A DNA stretch of 64,000 nucleotides, from positions 124,001-188,000 of the forward strand of contig NW_019028989.1 in assembly GCF_002105155.1 (NCBI RefSeq). Direction: 5' to 3'. This DNA comes from Lobosporangium transversale (Eukaryota). Every line of letters begins with the position of its first letter. Position 1 is the first letter of the stretch. The notes under the pieces were generated by a model, which saw nothing but the letters and a program-made list of their open reading frames with translations, was not told the origin of the DNA and made no database searches. The translations under genes and the position numbers were made by a program. Of this stretch, positions 1-13,990 are shown piece after piece.

Positions 1-113
1 CAAGATCATAACATATTTTTTTTAATTAAAATAATCCAGCTTATTACAATACCACAAAAAAAAAAAAAAAAAAAAAAAAAAATCAACGTCATGCAGGCTT
101 TTCATCAACTTAC

Positions 114-1376
114 AGATAAAGTGATCCCGGACACGAGTCAGCTTGACCTTGTTTTCAAATTCAGGGTAGCGAAGCACTTCTCTTGAAACAGTATCCTTCC
201 TTGGATTGACAACCTTTGCTTTCTTAACACCATTCTCCTCCACAATGTCAACAACACCTTCAGGGAAACACGACTGGAATTTAACAGCGTCTTCTCCTAC
301 GATCTCTCCGTTGATCAAAATCTCTGGAAGCAGACGGTAGGTCGCTGTGGCCACAGGAGACCATTTTGCATGATCCTGTCCTATTCCCTTTTCACAGTGC
401 ACTTCTACATCGATCTCCTGACCCGGTCGCAGCTTTGCAATAACAATATCATCATAGACAGGTTTAATAGGGCAGTCCTTGAATTTCTCTGCTTGATCTC
501 CTTTGGGATCCCAGATCAGATCTCCAGAATATACAGTTGAATGAATATATTTCTTCAGAGGATCTGTCTCTGTAGCAGATGCGTTGGGATTACGTTTGCA
601 ACGAATGTTCAACCGGAGGACAATAGTGTTGATATCTGTTGATGTCTCTTCCTTGGCTTTAAAATCAAACTTTGTAGGATCTGCCAAGATGGGAATCAAT
701 CCCAACCGGTGTGCCAGAACCTCATCCACGACAACTGAAGTGTTGTTCATCACAAAGACTTGAGAGATCGCCATGGTTGGGACTTCCGCAATGAGGATAC
801 GTCTGAAAGCATTGGCGATCGCTGCATCAATCCCGACCATATCAAACTCGATTTCATTCTTTGAAAGACGGTTGATTTTGACCTTGAAGTTCTGTTGTTG
901 TAATTTTTGTTTTTTGTTTTTTGGTTGGTATCCGTTTAGAGTTGATAGTGCAGACAAAAAGTTCAAACCGACAAAACTTGTTGGGTCAGTGACTCGAAGC
1001 AATTAGCTATTAACACATGACCTCTCCCTCTGGTCATGACCACAACTTTCTTTACCTCTTTGAACTTTTCTAAATCAAACGCCAAATCAAGGCCTGGATA
1101 ATTATGGGGATAATCTGTCGAAGCAGTCTAAAAGTAAGGAAAAGTTTTTTTTAGCAATATTGGTAAGCGTGCTAGTTTGCGTTGTCTTTGCGTCCCGGAT
1201 ATATATATATTTTTTCCTTTATTTGCAAACCGCTGTATATCCAAGCTGCATGCTTTTATTAGTTTATAAAAAAAAGAAAAAAAAAAACATACACTAGTAA
1301 CACGGTCTCGCTCTACAATGACACGAGAGCGTAGTGTCTCTATATCATTATGCTTGAAGTCTTTCTGTGTGACCAT
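114..1376 (-). CDS. RPC40: DNA-directed RNA polymerases I and III subunit AC40 (RPAC1), 3' end runs off the window
   Basis: Exons ~1376-1293 (MVTQKDFK...), 1127-1056 (TASTDYPHNYPG...), 891-114, all with GT-AG borders. Motifs ANAFRRILIAEVPTMA, VLAHRLGLIP, KLRPGQEI and GIGQDHAKWSPVATATYRLLP match the RpoD/Rpb3/AC40 family. Confidence 0.95.
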
Positions 1377-1733
1377 GGTTGAGAATGTAAAGCTCTTTGC
1401 TGTAACTGAAGGAAGTAATGTCAAGTTTGAATGAAAAGAGTGTAAGGAATACTTTTTTTTTTTTTTTTTTTTTTTTTTTGTTTACTAAATCTATGAGGCT
1501 TAGCACGACTGCTGGCCCAGCATTTACTCTCACGCTGTGATTTGGATTTGGCTCTGTGTGTTGTTCTGGCTTCTGTGATGGCAAGTAGGACGCTTCCCAA
1601 CAATTTTACTGTGGTATACGTGTTATTATTTATGATAAATGATTAGATATAGTAATTAGGCGGTATTAACATGAAGAGAAGAAGAAAGAAATACAGTGAT
1701 GTATACTACTATTACATGTACATTGCTAGATTA

Positions 1734-4240
1734 CTACATGATAAGGCATGACTGATCGGAATCCGTCCAATGGCGGCCTGTAATGGCCTCCATCTCCTCC
1801 ATAGCTTGTTCACGGCCCGATTCCTTGCGCTTCTCTTTGATCTCTTTCGGGAAATATAGCTCCATAAAGCTCATCAGTGAAGTATCCAAATTACTGGCAT
1901 CCGCATCTAGCACAGTGTTGGGTCCACGACAAATAGGGCAATGAATCATCTTCTTGCGTTGCGCTTTGATCAAGCAACGGACACAGAACACATGTTGGCA
2001 TCGAAGACGAATAGGCTTCCATGCCACAGCTTATAAAATAAAAAATAAAAAAATTAAAGCCAATAATTAAATCATCTTTAGAGTTTGTAACAAAACAAAA
2101 CAAAACTACTTACACATGCAGATGGGACAAGAATAGTCATCCGGTTGAGGAATAATCGAAAGAAGCTGGGTCCCGATGGTGTAGGTCAGCGATTTTGAGA
2201 TGTTATCACTATAGAAAGGTTCATTCTGCAAATGCTTTGGGAAACCAGAACTCGCGCTAGACAGGCCATTACAAAAAGTGATATTTAAAAAAAGGCCCAA
2301 ATCCAAACCAATTAGATACAATCATTCAAGGGAGAGAGAAGGAAGAAAAAAAAAAAAAAAAGCAACGGGGATAGAACCAACGCAAGAACACTTACGTCAG
2401 GTTTGTCCTTTTATCGTGCTTTTTTAGGATCTTGATCATAGCCATCTGATTCAATTCCCTGAATTGCTTCATCATGATCAGCTCCGAGTTTAGCTGAAAA
2501 AATGTGTTGAATGCAACTTTACTCTTCGACTTTTTAAACTTGTGCGTTAATTTACTGCGGTTCATCTCCGCTAGGAACCATTGCAGCTGTTTCTGCGCCT
2601 TTTCTGATGATCGTGTCGAGCGATCTGCTTCTTGGTCCCCCACAAAGACCTGGGCATCCAGATAAACCTTAAGGATCTCGCGCCATGTATACATATCCTT
2701 GTTCTGAGGAGCCGACACGACCGTGAGGATCTTGCTCAAATCCTCAACCTTGGACTCGAACTCGCGCTTATTCGCCTCTTGTAATTTGCTTAGTTGAGAA
2801 ATCTCTTCTCCCAGTTGATCAAAAAATGCCGTGTCTGCCGTCAACTCAATGACGAGGACCCTAATTATAAAACAATACCGCGGGGTATTTAGAGTCAGTT
2901 TGTATTAGAGAGATAATACAGTGCAAAAAATAAAAAATAAAAATAAAAATAAAATAAAAAATAATAAATGAATACCTTGTTCCATCTTCCTCTGTAGTAA
3001 TGAAAGTGGATGTATCATGCTGTGGCTGCGGCTGATGTTCGCTCAGGGCACCAGGGGTGATGATGGTCTCTATAGGTTCTACCGTCGAGGATATGGATGT
3101 GGATGTAGATGTAAGAGAAGATGATGACCTTTGCCTCTGAAGTGAAGGTTCATCAGCAGAGGATTGTGATGATAGTGGTATGGATGATATCACCTCAGGC
3201 ACAGACGTTGTGATCTCGGGCTGCTGCTCAGTATATTTCGATTGGATCGAAGGTTGCGACGATGGTAATGAGATTTGTAATTCATCTGCTCCTATAAATT
3301 GTGGCGTTGTGCCTGGGGTAGGTCTGTGCGTTCCTTTAGTCGACAAAGTTGATGGGTGATTTAGACTGTCGCAAAGGTGTGATGATGAATCATCCCTTGC
3401 AGCTGCGCCGTCACTTGCGGCTGTCGTAATTGGTGCGTCTGCATCTGCAGGAAACAAAAGCGGAGAATTCAACTTTGAGGTCGCGTGCCCCGTCGTGTCA
3501 CAGTCGTCATCACTGACCACAGAGTTATTCTCGAAGCTTTCTGTGGATGAATCATCTAGAAGATCCAAGAGACTGTTTTTGTTATCCATTTTGCTCTGAT
3601 CTTCTTCAGGTGTTGTATCTGTCTCAGCAGTAGCAGCAACAGACGTCGGTAAAGATACACTGTCCTGGGATAATTGCTCATGCAGGTCGCTCGAAGAAGA
3701 AGATGCTGAATTGCTGACAAAGTGTACTTCATGTTCGAGGAGTTTGGAAAGCTGCTCTTCTAATGCAAGAGGTACGGGGCCAAGAGTCTTTGCGTTCTTT
3801 GTCCCAGATTCAAGGTCATCAATGACAACCTTGATGCAGGTCTTTAGATGCTGTTTATCGTCTAAAACGAGAATTGCAACGGCGGTTAGATTTTTTAAAA
3901 AAGGGACACAATGATTCGGTCAGCCAGGAACAGGGAAATCTGAGTATTAATTATTGAGAGCAATGTCGGCTACAAAAAAAAAAAAAAAAAAAAAAAAAAG
4001 GAAAACAAAAGCGAGCAGGGTAATTTCCTCACCATCAAACGAATACTCGAGTCGATGCATGTTGCCAGATAGAGATTGAGTGAGTAACTTTTTAATGATG
4101 GGTGAAGGTAGACCTCGGTCGTCGAGTTCCTTTACGATAGCATTGATCTTCTTTTTCAACGACTTGTAATGGATAACGTATGGACGCCAGTCTTCAGGCA
4201 TAGCCTCAGTGCCAGTCTCGAGTGTCTTGCCAAACTTCAT
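1734..4240 (-). CDS. SPX-RING domain E3 ubiquitin ligase (Pqr1/NLA-like), multi-exon
   Basis: N-terminal SPX motif MKFGK...W...YKSLKKKI; SPX C-part LNQMAMIKILKKHDKRT; C3HC4 RING split over an intron (CPIC...AWKPIRLRCQHVFCVRC...CPICR); S/T-rich linker. Confidence 0.88.
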
Positions 4241-4959
4241 TGTGAATAAGACAGGGTCAAGTCAACTCGATCAAAGGAATGAGATGAAAAAGAAAAGCTA
4301 ATGACTGAATGGTGGTAAAAAAAAAAGGTTTAAAAGAAGAGAAAGAAGACGAAGAAAGGGGTTGTAATAAAAACTTGACGATCGAGAAAGAAGGATTGAT
4401 TGTTGTTGGAAAGTGGGACAATCTAATGAATGGAATTAAAAAAAAATAAAAAATAAAAAATAAAGAATAAAGAGCGGAAGAGAAAGAAATTAATGACTGT
4501 TCAGGGAACTAAGAAAATGTTGGCCCAAGCTGTTCTATTTTGCAGTGTGGAGATTGGCCTAGCTGTTTTCAGGTTTGGGGCGTTCCGCTGCACTTGAAAT
4601 AAAAAGCACCCCACGAGACCTGTTGCCCCATTTGGAAAACCCCTGATGACTTGTCTGACCAATAACTGCTCTTCAAAAGAACATTCCCATCTTCGAACAT
4701 TCGAGCCATGCCATGGAAGCAGGTTTGTAACTGCAACTGAAAGAGATTATAAGACTTTGACTGTTCGCACTCGCCTGAATGACTTTTCCTGCCGCTTTTT
4801 TTATTTTATTTTTTATATTTATTTTTATTTTTTTTATTTTCTTTATTTTGGCCTGATCATAAACTAGAGCCGCCTATTGTGCCCAGCCAATGAATCCGCA
4901 TCTCAAAGGCCATGTCATAATATAAAGATCAAACTATTCTTTATACAATCTGTCCATGT

Positions 4960-5390
4960 AAACCAATTAAAAGGAGACGGTAAAGATGCAAACCGAAGCA
5001 AACGTGAGAAGAGGGATAAGGACAAGTTGCTGTTCAAACACTGCAAATCACTTGTTGAAAGCTTCGTGACCACATTAGACTTTGCAAGTACATCAGCATT
5101 GGCAATAAAGAAGTTGACTGTCTATCGAGCCTGAGGACTGATAACGCCCATTTCAACTTGTTGCTCAATGAGCTGAAAATCGCCAGGCTGATCAATCTTA
5201 ACACACAGAGTACATAGACTTCATTGCTAATCTTATTTTTTCGAATCAAAGTCTGGTTCGAAAAATCTGCCCTCATGTACAGAATAGGCTTTTTTTATAT
5301 TCAATAGCACTTTGGAATTGATCACGATGGCAATGGCTGTCTATCTGCCCCATTGTTTCTTGCAGCGATGGTGAGAGTGAGTACTAATAA
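4960..5390 (+). pseudogene. possible degenerate PD-(D/E)xK (CR-REase-like) gene remnant
   Basis: Broken frames give IGNKEVDCLSSLRTDNAHFNLLLNELK, similar in spacing to GRKVDLSLR...EIAVFELK of the gene at 18228-20046; stops and frameshifts present. Confidence 0.3.
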
Positions 5391-5453
5391 CAAATACCCT
5401 TAGTGCATAAAGTAAGTAATGTAAGGCAAGCCACCGTGGATATTCGTTATTCC

Positions 5454-5485
<32 letters not shown>

Positions 5486-5797
5486 GCATAATGATATCAT
5501 GATCGCCACACCGGCAATGATTCATTAAGATTTGTCATGCCAAGCAGTGCTTATGGTATATTCAGGGTTGGTTATTGATTGATCACATCAATTCAGGAAC
5601 AACATTGAGTGAGCTCACAATGATCTTGTCAAAACTGTTTTTTTATTTAAGTTGATATGAATTATGAAAATGTCGGATGGCTGAAAGAAAGAAAAGAAAA
5701 AAAAGAGATATAAAGGATTCCTAGAAAATCATCTGCCGCGTTTCTATGCACTCTACCAAAAACAAGCTGCCTATTTTTTTTTTTTTTTATTTTTTTT

Positions 5798-8700
5798 TTA
5801 GGCAATAGCACCAATCAAAATCTGGCTCACTTCTTCATTTGCAGATCGAATTGCCAACTGAAGAGTCACACCTGTTGCAGAATCAAAAGTCATGCGGCAG
5901 CGAGCCAATACACGGATACCTCCAATGAAAATACCCGACAGAATCATGGTATGCACGTTCGATCCTTGAATTGTGCCGGAATTTTCAAGTGCCTGCATGC
6001 CCAGTAGTGCAATCAAGTCGCGGCAAGCATCCTGCAATCCAGGTGAGGTCGTCAATGCCAAAGTCTCAACAACTTCGTGTTCACTGCCCAACTCCTCCCA
6101 TGCCTTATTGAAGCTAGGAATATAAGATGGCAAGACAAAGTCGGCAATCGCCAGCGACACCTCCTCAATCTGGTAATCGCCCTCAAAGCCCTTTTCATCA
6201 GGTTCTCCTGTCTGTGGGTCGCAGTCCTTGTCAATGAACTTGAGCTCATTCATAAATGTAAGTTCGGGATACTCTTCCAAAACAGTCCTCTCGAATGCGA
6301 CATAAGCAACACCAGGAACATCATACACCAACTGAGGTGCTGGAATCAGCACACGTTCAACAAGTGAGGATTCATCATTATCGGGTGTCATCAACACATT
6401 GACATCTTCCAAAACCCTATCGTTCAAAGTGTTCTTAATGTTGAACTGGAAGTCGTACGGAGGAAAATATAATAAAACAAAAAAAAGATTGTTAGGAAAA
6501 AAAAAAAAAAAAAAAAGATATAAAACTTCTGATCAATGTTATAACAACAAGAATGGATGAGGGCGCTGTACCTGGAAGACAACATGATGAGCAAAAACAT
6601 GCTTAACACAGGTAACGACGTATTCCGTCTCAGACTCGGTCAGCTCGATAGGCTTAGAAGTAGATTTGAACAAAGGTCCATACGAGGCAAACTCAGGTAC
6701 TTCGGCCAACTTTTGGGCATAGACAGCTTGCTGATCCAGTGAAGGGGTAGTAGACAGAGCTGGACGAGCGCCCGCTCCGTTGGAAACGCCACCGGAGTGA
6801 GGGGGAGAGATGTTGCCACCCAAGGTCTGAATAGCACCAGCCTGTTCCTGAGGACCTCTGGATTCCTGCTCCTCCTGACGTGAGACCTTGGGGACAGCGG
6901 AGAGATCAAAAGGCGTGTCCGCCAACTCTGGATTGGAAACATAGTTAAGGAGTTGGCGCTCAAGATAGGCAAGAGCATATGTAGAGTCGTCCTTAACATA
7001 TCCCCTTTCATCATTGCTCTTCATAATATTCAGATACATGGTGACTCTGTCACGAACCTCGTCATCAGCATCATCCAAGCAACGGTTCAACAGAACCTTC
7101 ACGCTCTGCTTGACAGATTCGTCTTCGACATTCACACCAAATTTGGCCAAGGCGCTGACAGCAGCACCACGAACCACTGCGTTCTCAAGAATGACGCGAT
7201 TGTAGATATAACGGATATATTTGGTGGGTTGTGGGCATTTAGGACCCTCCACTCCAAGCAAGTGAAGTATCTTGACTGAGAGTTTTGAATACTCACAATC
7301 CTCAATGATCTCACACAAGTGAGAGAGCGCTGCCTCCTTGGACTCTGGAATATACTTGACAAAGTTGAAGATAGCCTCAACAACAGCACGCTTGAAGTCG
7401 TATCCACCGTCATCGCGAAGAGCGCCACTGAGGAAACTAAGCATAACATGGTGCTTGGCAGGGAACTTGATACAAAGTGAGCCAACAGCCTCAACAACCA
7501 ATACCTTGGACTCGTCTGTGATTTCTGACATAAATCCACTGATCTGCTTCATCAGACGTTCCACAGATGCCTCATTTCCAGTCTTTAACAAGGTGGTGAT
7601 CGCAAATGTTGAGATACTCCTGTTTTGGTCCGTGATCATGTTCTCCATGTCAATATTGCAAGGAGCAACTGCTGCGGGCTGCGTCATGGCCAACTTGTTA
7701 AGAGCGCGTATGGCAGCAAACTTGATGCTTGGTTTACCCGATGACAAAAAGTTTTGCAACGTGGTGACAGCAGGGAACAGCTCCTTGACAGTAGCATCCT
7801 TCATTTCACAAATAGCTTTAGCAGCCTCCAGGTTGACCATTTCGCTCTTATGACGCAGCCATCCCTCCAATAACTCATACACAGCGCGAGTCGAGCTACA
7901 AGAAGGGAATAACCAATGGAGAAACAAAAAAATCAATATATACCCATAAGAGTATGATAACTGGTTAAGAGAAAAATTGTATTACAGTCACGATTCCATA
8001 CCTTGGATCTTCCTCCATGACCTTGCATGCATAACGGACCAGAAGACATTGAGCAAAGGGGGAACGAAGTATGGAGCCACTAAGTCCGCTCTTGGCAGCA
8101 TAGTTCTGTACTAACTTGGAGACAGCCATGCGATCTTTTTGACGAATGGCATACAACAGACCAAGGGCATGATACTGAACAATGTTTGAATTGGATACAG
8201 CAGAATAGGTTTGAGGCACATTTCCAAAGGATGTTACATAGGATGTAGCAGCGGAAACAGCCGATTGAGGTTTGGCGTTGATGGCTTCCTGAGCTTCGTT
8301 GGCCCAGCGTTTCACAACCTCTCGAGCAACGCCATATAAATGGTATGAAGACACTAGAGCAGCTGATGAGACCTTTGCGTTCTTGTCCACAATGGCTGCC
8401 TTCAAAAAGCGCTCCAATCCCTGCAACATGGAAGCCTAGATCATGAACGATATATACATTAAGGTGAATTATCAGTACCTGAATTGGAAGAATTCTACAT
8501 GATCCATGATTAGGATAAAAAACAAAGGAGAAAAATGCTGACTGGCGATAAATGACTTACATCTGTGATTTTGCGAAGGACTCTAATGGCATTGGCGCGG
8601 TACATGACCTCAGATGTGGGCTGCATGTCCTTCATCAAGCTGCTAGTGACCATAATAACATCCTCAGCGACAATCGACAACTCCTTGATGACCAAATAGA

Positions 8701-9300
8701 CCATTTGACGCAAAGCCGACTAGTATCAAGTTTACGTAAATAGATAATGTTTAAGAATAACAATAAAAGTATGAGATTAAGATATAGCTTGTCACAGGAT
8801 GTTTTGCAGAAGCAGGGTTTGAACATTCAATACCAATGAAAAACAGTCAGGTCAATGGAGTGAGAAATGTTCTGAACTATCAGCCTTGTCGGATACTTAC
8901 ATCCTTTGATTGGAACAGCTTTGTAACGCTGAAAAACAGCTCTGTGGCTTCAGTTGTGCCAAAAGTCTCTCCCTGTGAGATTAGGTAGAGAATCTTTGTC
9001 AAAAGTGCGCGGCATTTGCGAGCATTGATGGGCGACTCATTGAAAACACGCGCCTCCTGCAGCACAGTAGTCTTGTCAAAGTAATGGTGATAGCCTATCC
9101 TGCCTGCTCAAGTATTGTTTGGTGATGCATCAAGGCAAGTTGTTGGCGTCGACAACGGATATTTGTGAATAGGAGAATACAATAAGTATCAAAAACTAAT
9201 AATGATTATAATCATCATCGACATCGACGGATGAAACAAATTTTTCCAGTCAAGATTATTGCCTCTTACCAGAGTCTTCGTCTCTCTTGGAATAACTCAT
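5798..9300 (-). CDS. SEC21: Coatomer subunit gamma (gamma-COP), multi-exon
   Basis: Start [11 protein letters not shown] at 9300; [63 protein letters not shown] and the C-terminal appendage domain. Confidence 0.96.
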
Positions 9301-10026
9301 CGTGTAAGAATAATCACTCTAGGATACTAAATGGGGTGATTTAGCGGTACGTGATGTGATTTAGTGAGTTGATCACTAAAGAGAGAGAGAGATGGCGAAA
9401 AAAAAAAGGGGAAAATCGAGACGCGTTGTGGGCAAATGGAAGTGGGAGAGAAGATGCAGGGAGAGAGATGCTTTTGCCCAAAGATGATAAGAAATGGAGA
9501 AAAGTGAGAAGTGAATAAATGATGTTATTCAAATAGAGACGTGTTTTCTCACTGATGGACTGATGGACGATGGGACTGGATGATGCGATTGCAAACTGAC
9601 ACGTCGCAGAGGAAATTGGCTTACAAGGAGAGATAGAACAAATCATAAATATAAGTGATGTTTATATAAACGAGCGTAGCAGAAATGATATTCAAAAGAT
9701 GCCCTCCCTTATCTGACATTACTCGCCTCCCCTCACATTTGCTGAAACTTGTATTTGTTCGTGTACGCCACAGACATGTGTCTCCATGTGTGACCAGCCC
9801 GCAACCGAGGCATGCACGCGCTTTTTTTTACTTCTCACTGTTCACAACCTCCACACTTTCCCTCTTCCCCTCTTCTTCGTCCTCGTCCTTTTTCTTGTCC
9901 GGTTCCTTTCTTCTACTTGACGTCCATCCATCCTTACTCACAAGGACAAAGCTCTCACTTGCACACTCTCTTTTCTTCTTCCTCCTCCCTCACATTTCCA
10001 CCATGAGTGACTATACAACCATTGAC

Positions 10027-10074
10027 GATGGTCAGTCATGGAGTTCACATGACGGTCAGTCATGGAGTTCGCAT
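10027..10074 (+). repeat. two tandem 24-bp units encoding DGQSWSSH x2
   Basis: gatggtcagtcatggagttcacat / gacggtcagtcatggagttcgcat. Confidence 0.85.
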
Positions 10075-11222
10075 GACGTGCTTTTTTTGGGTTCAACTGA
10101 ACAGGTAGACTATTCAAGTTTATCATCAACCGAACTATTATGACTAAGAAGCAGATCCTTTAGACGAGAAAAGCAAAATAAAGAGGACAAGCGATCAGAG
10201 CAGTGATAGCACAGCTTTTTTTTTTTTTTTTTCTTTTTTTCCACTTGAGGAAGATGACTTTTACAAGGCCTGGCATCATACTTTTATGCAATCTGTCTTA
10301 TTTATAAACAGCTAAGAAAATACCGCCTTTTCCAGCTACTGCTTTGAATCATGATAAGCCTAATCTGAAGATCCTCTTTTTATTTCTTGATCTATTTTGC
10401 TACTGGACCATCTAGGAAAGGATGATCGAACAAGGGGCGGGTAAGTGAATCTATTCTGGAGATGATAGGCTGTCCCTTTCAAATGCATAAACCTTTTCTA
10501 GATGGTAATGAAATACCTAAACATAATGGATGATCCTTTTTTTTAGGCTTCACGGTCCTGGTTTTTGTATCGCTCACCCTCCTGTTTTCAATCATTAACA
10601 CACACAAATCAGGAGCACATCTCATGCTTGGCTTTATTATCACAGGATTCGCATTGTGTCTGGGACATTTGGTAAAAAGAAAAGGACAGATGTTATCCGA
10701 ACTTATTTTAAGCTCTTAAGCTCTCAGTGCCAATGTCCTAATCCACTTATTCTTGTCTGGCTCTACTACACTTTCTAAACATTTAGCTTAGGGCATGGAG
10801 AAATGGCGATCTAGGTAAGAAATTTTATTTTTCCTTTTCTACTAAAACAAGCTCCCTCTTTGATCTATGTACTGTTAGCTAACCTTGTTTTATTTTATTT
10901 TTGAAAATAGATCCAAAGTTCAAGTACTTTGTAAGGAAACATGGTTCAAAAAAAAAAAAAAAAAAAAAAAAAAGTTTAATGTTCTGTAGATTATCAACTT
11001 ACCCCTCTTTGATTTTACCTTTTTTTGTAATTGCAATTTTTTTACTAGATCCTTGCTCAGACTGTCCTCCTCACACTGCTGTGTATCATTGCAAACATTT
11101 ACTTTTGGCAGTAGACTTTTTCAAAAATAAAATGGATGTAATTGGATTTCATTTGTATGGAGAAAAGGCTCCAGAACTATGTAAAAAATAAAAATCTTGT
11201 ACACTTTTTTCTTTTTTTTTTT

Positions 11223-11547
11223 TTACCACTTGACAACCTCTGAAAGTGGAATATCTCTCTCGCCACGACGTCCACGCTTGCCATCCTCTCCTTTCGATCG
11301 TCCATGATCTTCTTTCCAACTCTTGGTCATCTTTCCTTTGATGTCATCCCATGATAATTCTTCCGCATCCTTAAGTTTTAATGGATTCTTAACTGCAGCC
11401 CATAAACCCTCCAGATCTCGCTCTTTTCTGGCCTCTGGCGTCATGAAATGAATAACAACCGACCCTGCATCGATCACCACCCAATCAGATGTATCACGAC
11501 CCTCCATCACAGGTGGACTACTCTTGGGGGAACTCCTCTTGAGCTAA

Positions 11548-11579
<32 letters not shown>

Positions 11580-12588
11580 AACAGCAGTAATAAAAAGCGA
11601 CAAGGACAAGTTAATGAACGTTTAAAACTATAAGCGTAGCATCGACAAAAAAAAAAAAAAAAAATAGAAAGAAAAAAAAGCTTACAGCACTGTAAACTTG
11701 ATCTGCAACATTCCCAAGATGTCTTTCACTCAGTCCTTCACAAACAACCATCCATTCTGTCCAATCACATTTGTCTCTCATATCAATCACTTTAATATTC
11801 TTGGCGCGTTCAGATTCCAACATCTTGAGAAGTGCTGAAATAGAGTCTGCAGAATGTTCATGCTGCTGCTGTTGCTGCTGTTGTTGTTTCAAACTATCCA
11901 TTTCAGTAGGTGATTTTTGAGTATTCTTTAACCATAATGGCACAAAATCAGAAGAGGAAAATCCTTCTGTTGATGGTGTTGCTGTAGTTGTTGAAGCTGT
12001 ATCAGGATACGACTCATCTACAAACCAAGAAAACTCTTTCTCTGATCGTTCCTTATCCGTGAGCAACACTGATGTGGATGATGAATCTCTGGATTCAAAA
12101 TCGCGTTCATCATCGGGATGTGATTCCTGATTCAAGCCTTCAATCTCTTCTTCACCGCCTGGATATAATTCTGGGAAATCATTAGGACTAATCCTTTCAA
12201 CGCCTTCATTTCCAACCATGAGATCATCCACATCTGAGAGAAGGTCCTTTCTCCTATCAAAGCTACTATTGCTGCTGTCGTTACTGTCTTCGCTATCATC
12301 TATTCGCGGTGCTCCTATTCCTGATACTGAGGGTCCAGATTTATTGATATTGACATGATCATGATGTATCTCTATTTTACGAAAAAGCCTTGGTGTGGTG
12401 CTGTAATAACAATGACTGCCTCTTTGAGAGGCTTTAACATTCAGCTCACTGACGACGACGCGAGAAGTGTAGGTGTTCTGTGGCGATGATTTTGACAAAT
12501 ATTGATTTTGAGAAAGAACTTTGCGGCGGGCAGCAGCAGTGGTTGTCCAGAACTGTCTGCCTGAACGAGATAATGAAGTGCTAAACAT
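11223..12588 (-). CDS. Mitochondrial RsfS/Iojap (MALSU1/ATP25 N-terminal-like) ribosome silencing factor, 2 exons
   Basis: R/S-rich presequence MFSTSLSRSGR; RsfS motifs AKNIKVIDMRDKCDWTEWMVVCEGLSERHL and DWVVIDAGSVVIHFMTPEARKERDLEGLW. Confidence 0.85.
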
Positions 12589-13274
12589 TAGTTTTTCTTT
12601 GTGAGTATGTTGAGGTAAAAAAAAAAAAAAAAAAAAAAAAAATATCAAAATATCAATCTCATTTCGTGAGAAAAATCATTATTATTAGGTCATTATGAAT
12701 TACCCAAGCCACTAGTCAACATTATAAAAGAACCACATCGATTGTAAAAAAAAATAAATCAGTTCCTGTCTCCTTTGATGCTGTACTCTGATCCGTCAAT
12801 GAATCACTGTCGCTCAGCTGGTAGGGATTTTTTTTTGTAAAAAAAAAGATCTCGCTGGACATTGTGAGACAGGTAGATCAGACCACAAAAGCCAGGCTAT
12901 GAGTCCGACTCAGTTGCAAATCTTTACAATTGAATCGGAATTTAGCAAATTGGTACATTTATATATTTATATATTTTTTACTTTCTAATTCAAACCAAAA
13001 AAAAAGAAAAAAGAAAAAAAAAAAATAGTGCTGATGACATCAATCATGATCATTTTACATGTGTACTAATAATATAAATACTCGTATTCGTCAAAGAGAG
13101 AGACCTTGATGTAATCACAAGTCTTGGCTGGTGTTGACATTTGCTTAGAGCCAGGTCATCAGCTGAAGAAGAAAAAAGAAGGGACCTGATTTCAATTCGC
13201 TTCTGGCGTAATTAACGAAGTTTTTTTTATTTACAGATTGAATATATTTTGTTTTCCATTATCAATTTTTTTTT

Positions 13275-13990
13275 TTAAGCAGCAAGCAGCTTCTCAATAT
13301 CCTTGGCAAGTGACTTTGGATCAGTTGTCGAGGCATAACGCTCATAAACAGTTCCGTCCTTAGCAATCAAGAATTTCTCAAAGTTCCATTTGATACGGCT
13401 CATCATCAAGCTCTTCTTCTGAGACTTCAAGTAAGTATACACGGGGTCTTCATTATCTCCATTGACATCGACCTTATCCATCAAAGGGAATGATACACCA
13501 AAGTTGAGCTGACAGAAACTTTCAATCTCTGTTTGTCACGAAATAAAAGGCAGAAAATAAAAAATGTAAGCATGTTGTGTACACTGAGAAGATAAAAAGA
13601 ATATCAATCTTGCATATCGTGTGTGTTTTTTTTACCTTCGTTTGTACCGGGTTCCTATAAAGAGACAGTGAATATCAAATAGTACAAATTCAGGACCAAG
13701 TTGTTAGTTCATTTATGACAAACTTTATGTTTCTAGGCGCAGGCTTAAAAGGAAGACAATTTTAAAGTCTTTACCTGACCACCGAACTGGTTGCAAGGGA
13801 AGCCAATGACGACAAAGCCCTGGTCCTTGTATTTCTTGTAAAGTTCCTCAAGAGCAGCGTACTGTCTAGTGAAACCACACTTGGAGGCAACATTGACGAC
13901 AAGGACGACCTTGCCTTCAAAATCCTTCATGGAAACCTCTTGATGCTTCTTGTCTTTGGCGGTCAAAGCGAAAAAGTTGGGAACAGACAT
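13275..13990 (-). CDS. Glutathione peroxidase-like peroxiredoxin (Cys-type, Gpx/Hyr1 family), 3 exons
   Basis: [29 protein letters not shown] and [10 protein letters not shown]; exons 13990-13775, 13654-13636 (19 nt) and 13528-13275. Confidence 0.95.

Noticed and set aside
12805..12870. tRNA-like A box (gctcagctggtag)
   Set aside because: No T-arm GTTC motif or acceptor stem follows.
13860..13900. Selenocysteine use in GPX (some early-diverging fungi use Sec)
   Set aside because: The active-site codon is TGT (NVASKCG); there is no in-frame TGA.
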